64,000 nt of DNA from Caecitellus pseudoparvulus. Taxonomy: Eukaryota; Protista; Bigyra: Bicosoecida. The position numbers were made by a program, and so were the translations under genes. The DNA is taken from positions 806,001 to 870,000 of the forward strand of contig CBFFRQ010000067.1 of assembly GCA_965644315.1 (NCBI GenBank). Direction: 5' to 3'. The notes beneath the pieces were generated by a model. The model searched no databases and was not told the DNA's origin. It saw only the letters and a list, made by a program, of their open reading frames with translations. Below are positions 58,794-64,000 of this stretch, one piece after another (position 1 is the stretch's first letter; the number at the start of each line of letters is the position of its first letter).

Positions 58794-59282
58794 ATTGGCG
58801 GGTGCCGCAAGGAGGCGTCCCCTCCCCCAAGAGATGCAGCGAGCCCTGGTGGCCGCTGGCATAGAGGGGGGAGGGGACGGCCTCGAGGCGGGCCCAGTTC
58901 AATGCATTTCGATTGCCACGCACAACGCACCAACACGAGGGAACCGAGGTTGCCGGCACCCCAGCCGGCAACCATGTTTCCCGGCAGGAGGGGCGGCGGG
59001 CAGTCCCACGCTAGTGGCACAATTGTCCCCCGCCGCCCCAACGCAGAGTAGACGACGGCAGGACCGGGCATGACAAAACCAGTCATTAGCCGGCCTCGTC
59101 ACTCTCTTTCCTTTTTTTTTCTTTTTCTCGATTGGCGGGTGCCGCAAGGAGGCGTCCCCTCCCCCAAGAGATGCAGCGAGCCCTGGTGGCCGCTGGCATA
59201 GAGGGGGGAGGGGACGGCCTCGAGGCGGGCCCAGTTCAATGCATTTCGATTGCCACGCACAACGCACCAACACGAGGGAACC
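58794..59282 (+). repeat. B1-A2-B2 terminal block (B = 152 bp, A = 176 bp)
   Basis: Direct comparison. The B1/A2 junction GAGGGAA-CC-GAGGTT reproduces the joined element ends. Confidence 0.97.
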
Positions 59283-62200
59283 TCGCACCGTCGCATTGCC
59301 AGTCCACGGCTGCACGTGCACAGTCCACGAGGCGATACCCAGTGCTCGCGTCACACGGTCACCTGGCCACAGCAGCACGATGGACAGTACGCCAGCGGGG
59401 GACTGCTGCGCGCAGAACAGGGTGGGGGAAGCTGTGGGTGGCTGCAGGGGCAGCTGGTACGAAAAGTCCGCCACGCCTGCACTGGCGGGCAGTGATGCCT
59501 GCTGCCCAACAGTGTGCACTGTGATGGGCAAGGCGTCCAGGCGGCCGTCTGGCTGTGCAGGCACTCCTTGGTGCAGCAGAATGCTGGTGCCACCCCCCCA
59601 CTCAAACGGCACGGAGTGCAGGGCGCCCACTGAAACACGGGCGATGTGGGCTGCAGTGGCGCCAAAGTTGGCGCCGGACAGCGTCACGCGCGTGGTGTTC
59701 GCGAAGCCCTGCGCAGGGCTGACGCGAGTGACGAGGGGCGGCCCATGCACCAGCAGGCGAGCACTCTGCGCTGTCACGTCAATGCCTGTGTGCGTTCGCA
59801 GCACCAAGGCGAGTTCTACGACGTCGCCTGCTGGCACAGGCGGCAAGGCTGCCTCACGGAAGTCGGTGCAGCTGGCTTCCACGCTGCTGCCGACTTGACG
59901 AGCACGCATGGTGCCGCCCATGCCGCTGCACGTCGCAAGTGTGTCGCCGTCGGCATCCCGCACGAACACCTCCTCCTGCCCGGTGCTGGGCTGGTCCGGG
60001 CCAGCCAGCACCGGGCCAATGAAGGAGATAGTGGAGGTGGTGGGCGACGAGGGCGCTGCGAGGAACTGCAGCGTGCCGGAGACTTGGATGATCTCGGGGG
60101 AAGCAAACCGCAGCGCAGATGCGAGGGTGAAGTTGCCACCAGACACCAGGGTGACGGTCACGGGCGCGAGGCCCACGGCGCCCCCCGCAGCCTGCCACGT
60201 CGGCGCCGTGCAGGTGAGTGTGCCGGGCGAAGTCACCACAACGCCAGTGCATGGACCGCTGCCGACCGTCACGGAGCGCACGCCATCCAGCTCCAGCTCA
60301 GCGGCGAAGTTGCTGCCAAACACGGTCAGGGCACCGCCGGCCGTGGACAACGTGGATGGCTGCACAGCGCTGATGCTGGGTTGCAGCAGCACAGTCAGCG
60401 GTGCAGGGGCGGTGGCCACGACCTGCCCCAGCATGGACAGCTGCACGGGGCAGTTGGCGCTTGCTTGCCCACCTGCACGTGCAGTGGCCGGCGCTTGCAG
60501 GGCAGCCGCATCCAGCCCAGCGCAGAGCAGCTGCCCTGGTGCCTGGGCTTGAACCGCAGGGCAGGGCACGCCGCAAATGCGGATTTCGTGTGAGAAATTC
60601 ACGCCAGCCACTGCCAGAGAGCTGCCACTGAGCGTGACATTCAAGAACGCCTGCCCTGCTGTTGGCCTGGCGAAGACGGACGCAGGTTGCACCTGTGCCA
60701 CAACTGGCGCCGCGTAACGTGCAATGGCTGGCGCTTCGACCAGCGTCGCAGACGCACCGCCCCGGCGCGTGAAGTGGATGGGGGTGAGGGGACCAAGGCC
60801 AGGGGGCAGCTGGCACTGCACGGAGGCCCCTGTGGATGCCGCTGACAGGGGGATGCAGGAGGCGTTGTGGGGCCCCAGCGTTACGGCGGCCACCTGGCCC
60901 ACGTGTGTGGCCAGCCGCAGCCCGAAGAGAGTGAGCACTTGCCCGGCAATGTCTGCTGGGAAGGGCAGCACGCCAGTCAGCAGCGGCTGGCCCAGCACGG
61001 GGGCTGAGGCTGGCAGGCGCGCAGCTACATCACCGCCGCCACGCAACAGGAGTGTGTCGACCAGGGGCAATTCCCGCTCCACGTCCGACAGAGGAAGGGC
61101 GGAACACAGAATGTAAGAGGCATTGATGACGGTGGCACTGCCACATTGCGCGTCCCCGACACTGGCGTGCACTGTGGAGTTGGCGAGGCCCAGGTTGGCG
61201 CCGTGAATGGCCACAGCAGCCGTGCCGCGCGCACCCCACACCAGGACAGCTTCCTGCCCCAGAACCTCCACAGCTTCGATGCTGGGTGTGGCGTACTGCA
61301 CGGTCACGGGCGGCCAGGACTCCTGGCCAGCCACAGACACAGTCAGGCCCACCGTTCCCGTGCCTGGTGGCATGCGGCAGTGCAGCAGCCCAGACAGCCG
61401 CGAAGCGCCCAACAATGCACATTGCCCTGTCACCTGCCAAGTGGAGTTCGCCGGGGTGTGCACCCATACAGCCGTCGCGTTGAGGGGGAGTTGGAAGGGC
61501 ACGGCGGCGGCGGCGAGGGCGCTGGTTGCCTGGCCCAAGCCGAATCCGCGCAGTTGGATGTCTTGCCCTGTGATGCTCAGCCCAGCGCTGGGGATGGCGG
61601 CGGTGATTTGCGGCGGCTCATACTGCAGTCGCGCTGCAGCCGTCGTGCCGGCGATGGGGGACGGCAGGCCCGGCACAGTGTGGTGCAGGAGGATGGGGAC
61701 ACCCCCCGACACGTTGGCGCTGGGTAGGGGCGGCGCGAGGCAGTGCAGGACACGGCCGCCTTGCCCGACGAGGGAGGGCGCAGTGCAGGCCGCACCGCCC
61801 ACTGTGATGGTGAAGTGCTTGGAGGTGGATGAGACGATGCTGAGTGCCCAAAAGACGCCCCACAGGCGCACCAGCGTGCCTCCTTGAGACGCCACGGTGA
61901 CTCCCGTGTCGGGTCCGGGGGGAGTGTCCAGCGGCAGGGCGGCATCCATGGCGGCGTGGATGGCAAGGGTGCCGTTGGCGTGCACCCACGTGTCTGGCCA
62001 GGCACACGTGGTGCTCCACGCCTGCACGGCGCTCTGCGTGCCCCCGCCGCCGGCCGAACACCCTGTCCAGGCTGTGCACACGCCACTGCCCTCCTGTGTG
62101 GGCATGCCAGCGATGGTGCAGGGAATGCCCAGTGCGGCTTGCGGCAGCGGGATGGACACCTCGTCGGCGCCGTGCAAGGAGGCGAACAGCCAGGGGGCAG

Positions 62201-64000
62201 TCCAGGCAGCTCAGCCATGTTGCACGTGACACATGTGTGCACTTGGGTGATGCTGCGCCACGAGCCACGGCTGCCCACCACTGCAGGGCGCGTGGAGATG
62301 CCTGCCAGGGTCAGGTACCCTGACAGGTCCAGCGCCCACTGGGCGGCGTGTGTGGCGTGGCGGGCAATGCCTCGAGTGTCAGTGGACGTGGTGGTGCCGC
62401 GGCCACGCAGGCCGTCCTCATCGAGGCCGAAGCACTTGACAGCACCTCCCCACAGCACGACGCACGTTGTAGCGAGGGGCGTGGCCACAGAGCGCACGGC
62501 TGGAGGCAGTCCTGCCACGCCCACCTCGGCGGGGGCCTTGATGTCCCCCACAGACGCAGTGCCGCCCGTGACCAGGCCGCCTGACACACCCTCGCCCCAA
62601 CACTGCAGGTGGCCTGACTGCAGCAGGGCACAGGTGTGCCGCGACCCAGCGAACACGTCGATGGCAGGGCCTGACAGCCGCACACGCGGCATGCAGGCCA
62701 ACATGTACTGCGTCATGGAGTTGCACACGTTGCCGTTGGTGTCATACTCCAGTTGGCCATCATGGCCGACTTTTTGGGCCCCCTGCAACGGCACTCCGGC
62801 CTTGCCCTGTCCGTCAAAGCCGTTGTTGGAGGTGTGCTGCCCCCAGCACTGCACCCCACCATCTGCGAACACCACACACGCATGCGTGTCCCCCGTTGAC
62901 ACGCGCACAGCCGGCACCCTTGCAAAGGTCTGGTTGAAGCGCAGGTATCCCTGTGCTGATGGGTGTCCACCCCCCTATCAGCGCTGTTCACCATGTTGCC
63001 GTACCCCAGCTGGCCATGGTGGTTGCGGCCCCAGCACGTGACATTGCCGTGCACTGTCACCGCACAGGCAAAGTGGTTCCCCGCTGCGACAGCGGACAAC
63101 GTGTCCGGGGGCGCACCAATGCCTGCCGCGAGGGGCAGGGGGGGGAACGCCGTGACTGGGTGAGCCAGGCCCAGCACATTGCTGGAATTATGCAGTGCTG
63201 CCAAGTCTGCAGTAGGGTGTCCCAAGCAGCCATAGGCGCTGTCCCCCCAGCACCGCACCCGGCCAGCAGCGTTCAGAACACAGGAGACCTTGTCCCCCAC
63301 CCTCACGTCCACGATGGCTTCATCGCTGATGCCACCAAACACGAAGGGGGGCGTGCGCACAGACAGTGGCAGCTCTTGCAGGGAGCGCCACGGAACTCCC
63401 TGCCCGCCATACGCTGCCTCATGAATGTACCCCCAACACACCAAGCGTCGTGAGTCGCGGAGGATGGCACAGGTGGCGCGCTGGCCCACCGACACTTGGC
63501 TGGCAGCTTCAGGCAGCGGCACTGACGGCGCCTGCCACCACATCTCGTCGTCCCCGATGTGCTGGGAGTCGCCCTGAAAGAAAGGCTGCGGCAGGCCCAA
63601 GTACGGCCATGTGCCGTCGCCACTGCCCCAGCACGACACCCGGCCGCCCTCACGCAGCACACAGACACGGCCTCCCCACCCCGAGATGCTGACACCGTCA
63701 GCGTGCCGGGGCGGGCGCAGAGCCAGAGATGCAGCGATGGTGGGGGTGGCGTCATACCGTTGTGGCACCAGGGGCAACAGGTACAGGGGCGTGGACTGGC
63801 CCTGCGTGGCAGACTTGCCCAGCCCCCCACGCCCCTCCAGCGACATGCCCATGTGCGTGAGTGCGCCGCCCTGCATCAGCACGCTGGTGTACAGGAAGCC
63901 AGGCGCCGCGGCGACAGCCCCGCCCTGCAGCAGCACTGGTCCGTCCGCGCCCACTGGCACGCCAGGCCACTCGGCTTGGCCACTGCTGCCGTCGTTAGCC
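59281..64000 (-). pseudogene. 5' part (partial) of the giant surface protein: RCC1/BLIP-II-like repeats and multiple IPT/TIG domains; two apparent 1-nt homopolymer frameshifts (~62970-62975, ~62193-62197)
   Basis: VAAGNHFACAVTVHGNVTCWGRNHHGQLG-type repeats and PSISAVQPSTLSTAGGALTVFGSNF-type IPT repeats. The three ORFs join if one base is added to each homopolymer. The frame stays open to the window end. Confidence 0.8.

Larger units (their letters stand above)
53456..59282 (+). mobile_element. Full-length Ngaro-type tyrosine-recombinase retrotransposon with split direct repeats A1...B1-A2-B2
   Basis: A1 53456-53631 = A2 58944-59119; B1 58794-58945 = B2 59131-59282. Encodes gag-like, RT/RNase H and YR ORFs. 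No TSD beyond the CC core. Confidence 0.97.

Noticed and set aside
62190-62980. Programmed frameshifts or introns at the two ORF breaks of the giant surface gene
   Set aside because: Each break is fixed by adding one base to a homopolymer. That is typical of sequencing error or decay, and similar homopolymer discrepancies occur in the retroelement copies.

Overview
This is gene-dense, very GC-rich eukaryotic DNA with short GT-AG introns. It looks like a heterotrophic protist, possibly stramenopile-like, but the taxon cannot be proven from this window. Genes include a mitochondrial class II fumarase, a cytoplasmic dynein heavy chain, a MAP3K-like kinase, a Nudix hydrolase, a coiled-coil protein, an ankyrin plus XK-family membrane protein, and two Cys-rich multi-TM surface proteins. 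Main result: a Ngaro-type tyrosine-recombinase (YR) retrotransposon (53456-59282; A1-gag-RT/RNaseH-YR-B1-A2-B2) occurs with a near-identical 1.9-kb copy (36165-38096, minus strand). The short copy lacks exactly one GT...AG-bounded 3,889-nt segment, which fuses the Gag N-terminus in frame to the YR. It looks like a reverse-transcribed, integrated spliced RNA, implying the YR is expressed by splicing. Gag and pol are in the same frame, separated by one UAG (candidate readthrough). Both copies integrated at a CC core inside host ORFs, and removing them restores the host frames exactly. Also notable: a five-unit ~2.69-kb tandem array of 38-aa ankyrin-like repeat genes with variation concentrated at the presumed binding surface; a divergent HNH-like nuclease/ankyrin gene pair; and a CAATGCA motif after most stop codons (candidate polyadenylation signal).
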